A stretch of 60,732 bases of DNA, filler included, from Hausera hauseri (taxonomy: Eukaryota): NCBI GenBank assembly GCA_046269625.1. It is 11 parts of 11 records of this genome, joined end to end, with 100 filler letters (N's around TTAATTAATTAA, not from the genome) between each part and the next. Parts side by side here need not be neighbours in the genome. Positions count along the whole stretch, not along the records: positions 10,021 to 14,449 come from JBJURY010587000.1; positions 14,550 to 19,002 come from JBJURY010573672.1; positions 19,103 to 25,182 come from JBJURY010144313.1; 8 more parts are not named here. One strand, 5' to 3'. The position numbers were made by a program, and so were the translations under genes. Positions 11,255 through 22,830 of the stretch are shown here, in pieces (position 1 is the first letter of the stretch; every line of letters starts with the position of its first letter). The notes under the pieces were generated by a model. The model was not told the origin of the DNA and did not search any database. It saw only the letters and a program-made list of their open reading frames with translations.

Positions 11255-13564
11255 TTTCTCCTCCCTGAGCCACATGCTCGGATGTGCCTATTGCGTTAGG
11301 AGAGGTGACACCATCATTTGGACGTTGTAAGGCATTTAACCTCTCTCGTAAGTCGCTTTGGAAATTTATTCTTCTACTGGTTTGGGGATTTTGCTCCAAG
11401 TAATAAGCAGTAGATGCTTTTATCTCGACTACCCTATTATTTTCGCCACGAGAAAAGTATTTTAACTGGGATGCTTCTGCTCGGCATACTGGGCATGTCG
11501 TTTTTCCATTAATCAGCATCCATTGTTGCAAACAATCTCGACAGTGACGATGTCTACGGTTTTTGTTTGCTAGAATTACATAGCCTTGCCATAAATTGGC
11601 TTCGCATACGGGGCAAAGGTTTCCAGTGTCATTGTCCAGATCGCAATCTGTAACCTAATTTATCTCCTGAAATAATAATCCTTTTGGGTTCTTATACAGA
11701 TATCCATGCAATTGTTTCTGGTCGGTATCAATTGAACTTTTCCGTGGGTCTCCATTAACGGCTATTAGGGTTTACTCAATCACGGGTTGGACGTCTAGGT
11801 CTGGGATTCCCATTTTCTTATACTGTTTCTTTATCTCTATTTTGGTCTGGTTGTCAACTGGTACAGTTATTCTCTTAGTTCCTGTTTTCGACTTAAATAC
11901 TGGAGTTAGATATCTGCCTAACTTGAGGTCAATTTGCGCATAAGCATTTTCATGTAGTTCCAATACTGGCACTGTATGAATGTAAAATACCGCGTCTTTG
12001 ATCTTCCCCCGACTTACATATTCTGCCATTATCATGATGCTAGGGTGTTCTGCCGTGTCCTTACGGGCTTCTGTGGTAATTATTTCTTTGTCTTGTCCCC
12101 TTTTTAGAACATTCACTTCCGTAAGTTTCTCTGGTATATTTTCGGTAGGATGTTTTCTGATCTGTTCAGTTTGGGATGATCTTTTTTCTTTCCTCTTTAG
12201 AAATCCGAATATTGATTTCTTTTTCTTTTCTGGAGATGGGTCTCTCAGTTTGGGCTTTTTGGTTGATGCTCCTTGGTAGCTTTCCTCTCCTTTCTTTGTT
12301 TTTGTAGGTACTTGGAATTCATATGTAATAGTACTTGTTTTATGTTTGGTGGCATCCTTTTTGCTTGATGTTGTAATTTGCATATTATTGTCCCTTTTAG
12401 GTTCGACAATCCGTATTGGTGAATACGGTTGAAATTGTTTTCGGTAGCGGGAATCCAACTCCTTCGGTTTCCTGCTGCTTTGTAAGTTATTTTTGGGATT
12501 TAGTGACGACTATTCATGATCCCATTTGATCGTAGCGTAAACATCACGCAAATATTGGGTTCTTTTGGTAGCTGACAACTGTCGATTGATTCTGTGTTGG
12601 GTTTCGTTCATAATTTCTACAATTGCTTTGAAATGTGCTTCCATGGTCATGAGAACTAGTCGATTTACACTGTCAATCTTCTCCTTGATCTTAGGGTGAG
12701 CCCAAAATTCTCGTATCCCTGCTATATTTTTAGTATTTATTTTCAGTTTGTCTATTTGTTCCTGGACTTAAAATCCTGCGATCATACATCCGTATAAGCA
12801 GTGGTTTAGCTCCATTTCTACAATTTTGATGTCTTTCCCATTTACCAAATCTTCTTTTCTTATGCCTGTTATTTCCGCAAACGTTTCTTTCACTCTTTTC
12901 CGAGGGATAATCAATCTAGAGTAAACTTCTATCCCGTTCATATCTCTAATCAAAACTTCAATGGGAATGGAATTTCCGTCATCCCCTTCTCCTTAATTTG
13001 TTGAAATAATACGGACGTTCCGTCTGTCTTGTACCCGTTTGTATGATCCCAAATATTGATCTATCTCATCTTCTGTCGGATACTGATAGTATATCAGGGG
13101 AGGCAGGGGTATAGTTGGAATTTCCTCACAGGTGATTTCCATAATAAATTTTACAGGTAGGGATGCGATTCTTAACTCCACTTCTTTTGCCAAACTTTCT
13201 CCTTGTATCTTAAAGGTGCTGAACTTATACTGTCGTCCTTTGTTGGAATCCCAGTTTTGTTCAGTCAGTCGATAGTAAATTTCTCCTTCCGTCAAATGTA
13301 TGTATATATCATTGTTATGTCCTAGTTGGAATTTCAATAATTTTCTCAGATTATAAGCTCTGGCGTCTTCATTGTTCCTCATTGCATATAACATCAATAC
13401 TCGATTTTCTTTAACGATCCCACTTTATTATATTCAATCGCTATCTTGTTCTGTAGATCCATGTGGATATGTCTGTAGATGGATTTGGAGCTCGGGGTGA
13501 TTATGATTGCATTCTCTTACAAAAATCCGTCAATGTCCATACAAAAATTGCTGCTGGTCGCCAT
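11247..13564 (-). pseudogene. DEDDh-like pseudo-nuclease / RING finger fusion, disrupted
   Basis: Fragments 12993-13397, 12768-12953, 11772-12458 and 11247-11531 are colinear with the contig 5 protein. RING reads CPVC..RHRHCRDC..CPVC. Several stops and at least one frameshift. Confidence 0.75.
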
Positions 13565-13675
13565 ACTACTCACAAATCTGAAATAAAACAAATAAAGGTT
13601 AATCCTAAGACAGATCCTTGTTTCATTACAAAACAATTTTACTGTCTGATGATAGAATAACCTGACCTGTAGTTG

Positions 13676-14449
13676 TCAGGTTATTTTATCATATAAATCA
13701 CTTTGGTAAACCACCTTTATCCCTCCATCCTTATTTTTGCGCTGTTTTCTACAATTTTTGGTAACTATATAAAATGACGCAATTAATATTAATAAGACGA
13801 ACGCTGACACTCTAATAGTCGATATAATAGATGAAGTTGTTAATGCAATTGGTTTCTGTGTTATCATATATGTAGTAATTATGTTTTCTGTCTTGACTTA
13901 TTTGTAAATCTGGGTAATTACTTTCTGCTAAGGTGCGTAAGGTTATTGTCTTATTTTGCTTTCCTGCTGCATTAATTTGTATTATATATTCTGTCTGAGG
14001 TTTTAATGTGTTACATTCTGCTTGTCGTGTATTCTGTATAAGTTTTACTTTTTGTCTGTCATATAAGGTTCGACAGTTTATTTCTATATCGTAGTTCAGT
14101 CCTTCCTCAACAAAGAACACTATTCTATACTGATGGATCGAATATCTGATAGGTATGTTTTCAAATTTTACTTTACATATATTGTTAGTTGCAATAATTC
14201 GGGCGGCCGACTTTTTAGTCGAGGTTTCCATTGAAATTTTCAAAATTCTATTTTCTGGATAGTAGATTCGTAATTGTATACTTGGTTGATTGGGCCGTAT
14301 CTTGTATAAGTCGAATCTTATTTTGAATTCTTAATTCACGGGTATTTTACAACATGGATGTTGCACACCTGCACGGATGGAACAATATTCCATTTTCGGA
14401 GTTGGTCCTATTACTGCCTCGAATACGATGCTGATTTCCTGATTGACAG
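13676..14449 (-). pseudogene. FN3-like type-I membrane protein, frameshifted
   Basis: NTLKPQTEYIIQINAAG..ITLRT resembles the fibronectin type III LxPxTxY signature. Followed, in a shifted frame, by TM VSAFVLLILIASFYIV and basic tail KNCRKQRKNK. Confidence 0.6.
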
Positions 14450-14760
14450 NNNNNNNNNNNNNNNNNNNNNNNNNNNNNNNNNNNNNNNNNNNNTTAATTA
14501 ATTAANNNNNNNNNNNNNNNNNNNNNNNNNNNNNNNNNNNNNNNNNNNNATAATTTTAATAACGGGAACAATTATTTTAAATCATTTTGAATCAAAATTT
14601 CTTTAATAAAAAGGAATTACCGCAGTTAAAATTTTGGTAGAATTTTTATAATATTGATATCTACATACAGGACAAATTTTATTGAAATCTTAGTCGGATA
14701 TCTCAATAAAGTTTGTTATAATTTATTTGAGTTCGGCACAAAATTTTAGTTGTCAATATT

Positions 14761-15335
14761 AGTAGGTAGAAGTGTCTTCTCCGCCCAAAATCCCAAAAGT
14801 GCTCAGATTGACCTGGGACCAAGTTTTCTCCACCTATCTCACAATTCTGAGCATTTCATGTCTCATCGTCGGAGACCCGCTGGTCGGAAGCAAATGTCAT
14901 ATGTCGCATATGTCACGGACTGAAATATAGTAGAACTCGATGAGGCGACAAATTTTTATAGCGCGGTGGAGAGTCAAAAATTCTACTGGACGACGGTAGA
15001 AGCAAAAGTAGCAAAAGTGAAAATGTTTTACGAGAAACGATACACAAGTTACGAATTGCGCAATGTTTGGTGCAAACGTCAAATCAATGTTGCGAAATCG
15101 AATGCGCACAATTTCAACTTCGTCTGACCGTGAGAACATTGGGAAAATTTATGGGAAAATTTTAAACTCTAAAAATTTCCCATAGTTCAAATCTGCTGGT
15201 TGTGGAAATGGGTTGAGCACGTAGCCCATCAGTAGTTGAGCATTTTATATTATAGCCGCCTCACGATCGGACCAATGGATCCGGGTGAAAAATGCAACCA
15301 ACCGACCGACCGAAAAAACGCATTGTTAAAAAGTC
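14761..15335 (+). repeat. Dispersed non-coding repeat, copy 2 (candidate Polinton terminal region)
   Basis: Colinear homology to 935-1500. Lies on the same contig as a pPolB pseudogene. Confidence 0.75.
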
Positions 15336-17394
15336 AAATTCATCATCATCATTATTGTTGTAAATGCGTTCGTTTTGTAAAAATCGTATATTTTATTTTG
15401 TACAACGACGACGGCGACAAACGTACAAATTACCACGAGCTCATAATTGAGTACTATTACTACTCATAAGGAGAATGATTGTGGTGACGGTGATGGTGGT
15501 GACAGTCTGCCTACAAACTAATGAGTACCACCAAATGTGAAGCTAAAATTATTGAAAATATCATATTATTTCTCATGATTTTTTAGCTCTTTAGTCTGAA
15601 GTTCAATCCTGAAATATTGGACATTTGAAGTCGAGACTGTGTTGATTTTTGGAGGCACTGTTTTTTAAATCAGCAATGTGTGTCAATAAATTATGATCAT
15701 TACACATACTAACATATAAAATACCATGGCACTTAGTTTATCGTCATTTCGAAAATTTGCGACAACCGAAGATGTATCATCCAGTGAACGTTCGTTTTTT
15801 TTCTTTTAATAATTTTTTATATTACTATTTTATTATTAATTTTAATATTTTATTAATTTTGCTTTTCATTATTAATTTTTCTAAATGACCTAGTTTTGGA
15901 CATCTGCACAATCGTACTCACCGCACTGAGTTCAGTCGGAAAAGTTTTGGACTAACCCAGTTTGGGACACCGGCATTTCCCCACCTATCTAACTATAAAA
16001 GATCATTTTAATTTTTCGTCAACCTAGTTTTTGGTCGGACCACACCTGTCTGGCTATAACAATCAGGTATGCTGCCAAGTCAAGTCTGAATCGAACATTT
16101 ATTTCCCTGTGTTTTGTACGACAACAACAAGAACAATTACATTTTTTAGTGAATTAGGAGCACACAAACCACATGGGTTAAGCAATTCCGTAGGAGAATG
16201 AACGAGTCCATCGGAATTAGTTACATTGCAATGTTGCTTGAAACAAATCCGATCTGATGACTGCCACGTTGGAATGTAATCACCTTTGACAAAATCTTCC
16301 ACAAACCGTATTTGACATGGATTGCCATCCAACGCATAGTAATCCGCCAATTTCCGATAGGTGCGAAACAACTGACTGAATATTATATCCATGTCTCCAA
16401 CAACCTGCTTCATATGTCGTGGATAAGATTTTCGTGCTCTCCAATTTTCCTCAGCTCGCCGGAGTATCTCTTTTGGAGAGCAGTATCGTGATCATGTAAA
16501 GGTCGATCAAGATTGTAAAGGTGACTTCGGCGGCTATCGAACGAATGATATAATCGAATGAGTTCTGTTAAATAGGACATGTCGTAATGTCATACTGTAA
16601 AGAAGCGCATGTATTTATACTGAAATGTAACAACAAAGACACGTAAAATATATTATATTGATTCACGAAAACAAACATAGCAAAATAATACATATTTGTG
16701 ATTAAATACGGTCAATCAACTTTTTCATTACTATAAAAAGCTAAGCAGTAAATACAGGTCCAATGAGGAAATTAATATGTCGTTGTCGTTTTCGTCTCAT
16801 TTCATCCTCGATACGTTTTGCGAAGAGAAATCTGACCAGTAATTCAATATACTCTTGCCTGCTGATTATTCTCGTTTCTGTGAGCTCACATGAAACCGTA
16901 CATCAAACACACGTCCTGTCAAAATGTCATAGGTCAATCTCTGAATCACACTTTCAGTATACTCTTCCATTTGATTTAGAGTAGTAGTAGTAATGTTGAT
17001 AAACGTTTATAGCCGATTTAGGCGACATTTTTATTTGATTTAGTTTAACATTTACTTTAATTTGTATATCATTCAAAAATGTTCGCAATATCCCATGTAT
17101 TGCGTGTCCCACATACAAGAGGATGGACAATGCCACAAAGAAATGGCCAAATGTTATGCAGTGACCGAGGACACGTACCTGTGTCCCGTGTGTTTTATTC
17201 AAAACACATGCCCGTACGCCGATTTTTGTGAGATGCACAAGCATCACCTAGGTTCGTTCACGCAGTCCAAGAAGATGATGCATGGGCATTGCCCCACATA
17301 CCCACGTTAGTGTACTTGTAAGGTGCATGACGTTGATTGTTGCTATAGTGGAGCAGTACTATGGTACAACAACAACAGCAAACACAATATTGCA

Positions 17395-19002
17395 TGCAGC
17401 AAAGGCATATTTCTATATGACTTTGCAACATCATATGAGCGAATTCGGAGAGCAGAGAAATTACCGCCGCGATGGACAGGTATCGCAGAAGATAAATATC
17501 AAAGAGTACAAGAATCTTGGACAGAACCGGGCTGTAAAAACACGTTGGATTACATGCACCAGTATCTTAAACCGGACCTGTACTTATTAGCCGAGGTGTT
17601 CGAAGCATTTCGGACCAAAGCGCTGGCGGAAGATAGGTTGGAGCCACTCAACTTTTATTCCATACCGGGAATGAGTTGGGTGTTAATTCTAGTGTCACTG
17701 GATCGAGACATTGAGCTGTTGCAAGACCCGGAAATGCACCGGCTGTTTGATGTTGGTATTTGCGGCGGCATGATATTTGTCAACAAGCATCAGGCCAGTG
17801 CTACCGATACCACATCACTGATGTATATTGATATTAATAACCTGTAGGGCTGGGCGCTTTTGCAACCCTTGCCGTAAGGTTAATTTGAATGGGTAGTCGA
17901 CAGACAAGATCTGAACGACATAATGGTCAACCTACCACGAGCAGACACGGCAGTCTCAGTTGGAGGTCGATCTTAAAATACCAGATGAGCTGCATGACGT
18001 TTTGGACGATTTACCGGTCGCACAATTTAACCAATCTCCGCCAGGCTCAAAAGTGAAGAAACTGCTCATGACACATGAACCCAAGCTGAATTACGTGGTC
18101 CATTGGCGTCTGCTACAGTTCTACATTCAGCTCGGTGTACGCGTCACAAAGCTGCATCGTGCAATCCGATTTGCTCAGGTTCTCATATTCAAGGCGTACA
18201 TAGATGGAAATGCGGTGAAACGAGCCGCAGCTTGTACAAAATTTGAAAAGGACTATTACAAGCTGAAAAACAAATCCCTGTACGAAAACAGTGGAAAATC
18301 TGAAAAAGCGGCTCAATGCGTGCCTAAGTAACTCGGAATAGCGGATAGTTACGTATACCAACAAGGCACAGTTTCGGCGGTCAATGCACATCGCCGGTGG
18401 ATTGGTTGCCATGCTTTTAAACAGTAAAGAAGTCTTACTGGACCGGCCAAGTTATACAGGACAAGTGATATTGGATCTGAGCAAGTTGCGGATGGATGAG
18501 CTGCAGTATCGCGATTTGGCATGTTACGGGTAAATGTTCGGCAGCGGATGCAAGATCAATTTAATTTCCGGTGACACAGATAGTATTTTCTTGGAACTGG
18601 AAAACGTCAGTCGCGAACAACTACTGCGGCAAATGATAGCAGACGGATTACTGGACATGTTTAATTACCCACATAATCATCCATTGTATAGCAACGCCAT
18701 CACAAACAAAATCGGCTGCTTCAAGGATGAAAGTGAAGGTAGTGTCCGGTATCGGAAATGGATACTCCTACGCTTAAAGTGCTACAGTCTTCTGACGGAC
18801 TGTGGACCGAAAGTGTGGACAAAAGGAGTCTAGCTGAGACAGACGGGAATCGGCCACGGTGATTATCGACGCATATATGAAGCAGCAGCAGCAGCAAAAG
18901 GAGGACAATCAGAGAGTGTTGTGTCTCAAACGATCATCCGATCAATTGAGCACCAGCTGTATACAATAACTAGTGCGAAAGTCACTTTGTCATATAACGA
19001 AA
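17395..19002 (+). pseudogene. Protein-primed family B DNA polymerase of a Polinton/Maverick
   Basis: KGIFLYD..LPP, YLKPDLYLLAEVFEAFR, motif A YIDINNL*GWAL, motif B KLKNKSLY, motif C SGDTDS, IGCFKDE, LRLKCYS, KGV. Multiple stops and frameshifts. Confidence 0.92.
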
Positions 19003-19102
19003 NNNNNNNNNNNNNNNNNNNNNNNNNNNNNNNNNNNNNNNNNNNNTTAATTAATTAANNNNNNNNNNNNNNNNNNNNNNNNNNNNNNNNNNNNNNNNNN
19101 NN

Positions 19103-19404
19103 TTTAACCCGTCTGGGTCTCCGTCGTATGCCGGTAAATTCAAAGAATCAAACGTAAATATATCCAGTTTCTGTGCCAAAACTAGGTTATCCACTGCCAT
19201 TTTAACCTTGTTTGGTTTGTCTACTTTAATTTTAGGAACTTTAAATTCTTTGCCAGAGGGTAATTCAATATCAGATAAACAGTGTTTATCTATTACCTTA
19301 TCTTTGGTATAAAGTTTATTACGTGTTTCTCTTTGATTGAGTTTCTCCTTGTCGTTTACTAATAAGTTTTGATTTGAATTGAACCTATCAATGTTTGCTC
19401 TCAA
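19103..19404 (-). CDS. gag: Probable gag N-terminus (truncated by contig end)
   Basis: Open frame downstream of the PBS containing LPAYDGDPDGL, like the LPxFDGxP start of Gypsy capsid domains. ATG candidate at 19200 (MAVDNLV). Confidence 0.55.
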
Positions 19405-19554
19405 TTTAATTTACTTAGTCCCTTCTAACCACTTATAAACCAAATTTAGATTCTCTTAACTCTTATTGCATAACGATTATTTGGTGTAATTGGCGCTATT
19501 CGCCATTATGTCTTTAATTGACTCTCAAAAGTAATGTCTAGAGAGGTAAAAGCT

Positions 19555-19572
19555 GTCCTGCTAGGGTCGCCA
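19555..19572 (-). promoter_or_regulatory. Primer-binding site, tRNA-Arg-like
   Basis: TGGCGACCCTAGCAGGAC, 18 nt, 2 nt after the LTR-terminal CA. Complementary to a tRNA 3' end GUCCUGCUAGGGUCGCCA resembling animal tRNA-Arg. Confidence 0.8.
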
Positions 19573-19574
19573 AA

Positions 19575-20324
19575 TGTTACAGTTGGGGTGCCCCTTACCG
19601 TCTCCCACTATAACAATATTTATTAAAAGTTTAGTTTCTCGTGAGCCGGTTAGGACTATTCGTTCTCGAATAGTCGAATGTACCTTATATTTTAAGACGT
19701 TAGGTAAATTATTCACAACTGCTGGTACTGCTTGATAAAACACTGCGTGCTTTAGTTAATAAATTCTAGTCCTACTTATGGAGTTTAAGTAAAATTTTAA
19801 CCTTAGGGTAGTATAAATCGTATGGAAGAGACGATGGAAAAACTATATAGAAAGTTGAAAATAATAAACTTAAAATAACCTTTATTCAGTGAACCCGGTA
19901 ACAACTTCAATATAGAAAAACACAGCTTCGATTGGATTAGTCAATAACAATAAAGTCTTTTAGAGTTTCTTGAATCAACTCTAAAGTCGTCCGACAACTA
20001 ATTTCGAAATTCTAACTTCTCATTCTCGTCTCTAATGGGGCTGTTTATATAGTTGAAATCAGGAATTCCATTACTAATTTTTCTAAATTTATTTACATTA
20101 CTAATCTAATTTTCATGGTTTTTATCCATTTTCTAAATTTATTTGCATTACTAATATACATTCCGACTATTCATATGTCAATTAAATTCTGTGTCAGTCT
20201 TCGTATATCTGGAAATCATTCGCTGAATGCAATTATATCTGATTACAAATTTTCTAAATATATTTCAATTACAAATTTTGTGTTTGAACTATACATTCCT
20301 TATGTTTATGTCGACTCTGCTACA
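19575..20324 (-). repeat. Complete 750-bp LTR
   Basis: Starts TGTAGCAG directly after PPT AGGGAGAAGAAA (20325-20336) and ends CTGTAACA before the PBS. Contains TATATAAA (about 20043-20050) and a downstream AATAAA (19881-19886). Confidence 0.88.
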
Positions 20325-22728
20325 TTTCTTCTCCCTGAGCGGCATCCTCGAAGGAGCCTATTGCGTCAAAAGAGGTGGCGCCCAATGTTCTAGGATGTCT
20401 CAAGAGGACTAGTCTTTGTCTCAAATCACTCTCAGAATCCGTTCTATTTTGATTATGCGCAGGGTTTGTTTCTAGATTATAACTAAGATGGGGTTTAATA
20501 CGTATCACTCGAGTGTAACTTCCATCCGCATAATATTTCAGGTCCGTGGCCTCCGCCCGACATACTGGACACGTTGTTTTTCCATTTTCGAGTGTTTATT
20601 TCTCTAAACAATCTCGGCAGTATTTGTGGCGGCAGATTTTATTATCTAATACTACATATCCTTGTTTTAGGTTACCGTCACATACAGGACATTCGTTGTC
20701 TTCTTTGTCTTAATCATCTCTATCCAAGTCTACCTGGATTGTGAATTCAATCGGTTCAAATACAAGACCGTCCTTGTCTTGATATAGATATCCATGGATC
20801 ACTTTTTGTTGAGGGTTAATTGAACTTTTCCTTGGATCTCAATCCACTTGTATTAATGTCCAGTCCGCCAAGTAGTCTCGATCTATATCTGGAACTTTTC
20901 CTTCTACACGATACTTTTGATATTGTTTTTTCAACAGTATACGGATTTGCTTGTCCACTGGGACTATTATTTTTCCTGTCCTCTTTGAACGGAAAATTGA
21001 GGTAAGGTGGTTTCCTAACTTTGGGTTTTCCCAGACATACGTATTTTCAAAAACCTCCCTGGCTGGGACAATTTTAATATAGAACATCGCCTCTTTAATC
21101 GTTTTCTTGCTACAATACTCAGTGGTTATCAGCATCCTTTGGTAATTTTGAGTTGTTTTGTGGTGGATATTTTCTTCAGTCCTTTTCTGTAGCAAAACAT
21201 TGATCTCAGTTATCATCGATTTCGTTTTCTTTACAGGATTATGCTTTTGGGAGATATTTGGTTCAATTCGTTGGTGTTCTCTCTTTTGTTTCTCCTCTTT
21301 TCTTTTCTTGAATAGATAGTTATAAATAGATGGCTTTTTCTTTATTTGTTGCTCGTCTTCCAATTTTTGTCTTTTCACTTTTGTTTCTGATTTTAATTCT
21401 TCTTTGCGCCCTTCTAAGAATTTTGGTGTTTTACTAGGTATTTTATCTTCCTTTCCAATTTCTGGGACTTGTGTTTTGTTTTCTTCCTGCTGTTGTATAG
21501 TGATCATAAGACTACGCTCATTCATTTGTAAAACAGCTTTGATCGGGGAGTAAGATTTAATATTCCGTCTATATCTGATATCTATTTGTTCGGGTTTTAG
21601 GGAACTATGTAAATTATCTGTGGGGTTTCTCGGGGCCCATTCATGTTCCGACTTTAACAACTTGTAGATTTCTTGTAAATATTTGGAACGCTGACTAGCC
21701 GTCAAGAGTCTTGGAATTTTGTTTGAGTCCTTTTTCATTGCTTCAATCATTAGTTTAAAGAAGGCTTCTGGGGCGGTTGGTCGATTTCTCCCTTGTACGG
21801 TCCTCTCCATTCGTTCTTGAACTATTGGGTGGGTGTCTATTTCCCTAAGTCCGGCAATATTCGCATCGGATATTCCTAATAGCTCGATTTCTCGTTTTAC
21901 ATTGTATCCCGTTATCATACACCCGTAGATGCAATGGTCTAACTCAGAACGGACCTGTTGAATATCTTTCCCGCTTATAAGTTGTTCTTTTCTTAAACCG
22001 GTTACTTCCGCGTATGATTCTTGAACGTGTTTTCGGGGATTTATAATAGTGGAGTAAAGCTCCGTTTTATCCCTTTCTCTAATAGATACTTCGATAGGTA
22101 CCCCATAACCATCGTCTCCTCTGCCACAACTTATTGCCATAATTCTTATGTTGCGGCTATCTTTAACTAATCTATATGACTGACGGTGTTTGTTTTTTTC
22201 TACTTCGATTGGAATTTGTTCAAATTCTAGAACTGGCAAGCCGAAGTTGCAGTTCTCTCTATAGGTTACTTCAAACATATGTTTAACAGGCAGGGCTGCA
22301 ATTCTGAATTTAAAGCCGTAGTCAATGTGTTCTAACCTTTTTTTACTTATTCTAAATGTACTAAAGCGATATTGGCGCCCTTCGTCAGATTTCCATGTTT
22401 GACTTTCTATTTTATAATATAGTTCGTTGTCGGCTAAACGTATGTATATATCCTGAATTTTCACTGGTCGATATCTGATTAATTCCTTTAAAGAATGTGC
22501 TTTTGCTTGGTTACCTTCACGCATCGTGTAGAGGTAAATCGCACGGTTTTCTTCTGTGGTGCCCTTCAAGTCATTTGGTATTTCGTTTACATTCCGATAT
22601 TCGACGTACATTTCTGTTCGTAGTACGTCATTTATCCTTCTGTATATAGCTTTTGATTTGGGAATAAAGACTGTAGCGTATCCTTGTAGGAATTCGTCGA
22701 CTCTAATTCGGCTGATCATACTTACCAT
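20320..22728 (-). pseudogene. About 800-aa protein: novel N-terminal domain + DEDDh-like domain + basic linker + C3HC4 RING
   Basis: The 629-aa ORF continues in frame through three stops into CPVC..CRHKYCRDC..CPVC and ends AQGEEM* over the PPT (2409 nt, one frame). DEDDh-like core IEVSIRERDKTELYSTIINPRKHVQESYAEVTGL..DIQQVRSEL..MITGYN. Confidence 0.78.
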
Positions 22729-22762
22729 TCTGAAAGAAAATACAAAATAAGGGTCAGTCCTA
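22720..22762 (-). promoter_or_regulatory. Splice acceptor (branch point, pyrimidine tract, CAG) followed 4 nt later by a donor consensus
   Basis: ACTGAC CCTTATTTTGTATTTTCTTTCAG|AATG|GTAAGT. The homologous site in contig 3 (13568-13605) reads ATTAAC CTTTATTTGTTTTATTTCAG|ATTT|GTGAGT. Confidence 0.65.
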
Positions 22763-22830
22763 AAACAAAGTATTGTTCTGAATCTGAACCAATTCTTTGT
22801 CTGATGGTGGAATAACCCGATCTGTAGTTG

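Larger units (their letters stand above)
10021..14449 (-). mobile_element. 3' part of a Gypsy element of the FN3/DEDDh-RING family (decayed copy); element proper about 10800-14449
   Basis: Same order and recognisable protein similarity to contig 5: FN3-TM, splice acceptor, DEDDh-like/RING ORF, PPT, LTR start. Confidence 0.8.

Noticed and set aside
16099-17395. Cys/His-rich ORF fragments upstream of pPolB as defined Polinton genes
   Set aside because: They are broken by stops and not matched to any family I can recognise.
14550-19002. Phage or giant-virus genome fragment
   Set aside because: The polymerase is the Polinton protein-primed type, is pseudogenised, and sits in low-coding-density eukaryotic DNA.
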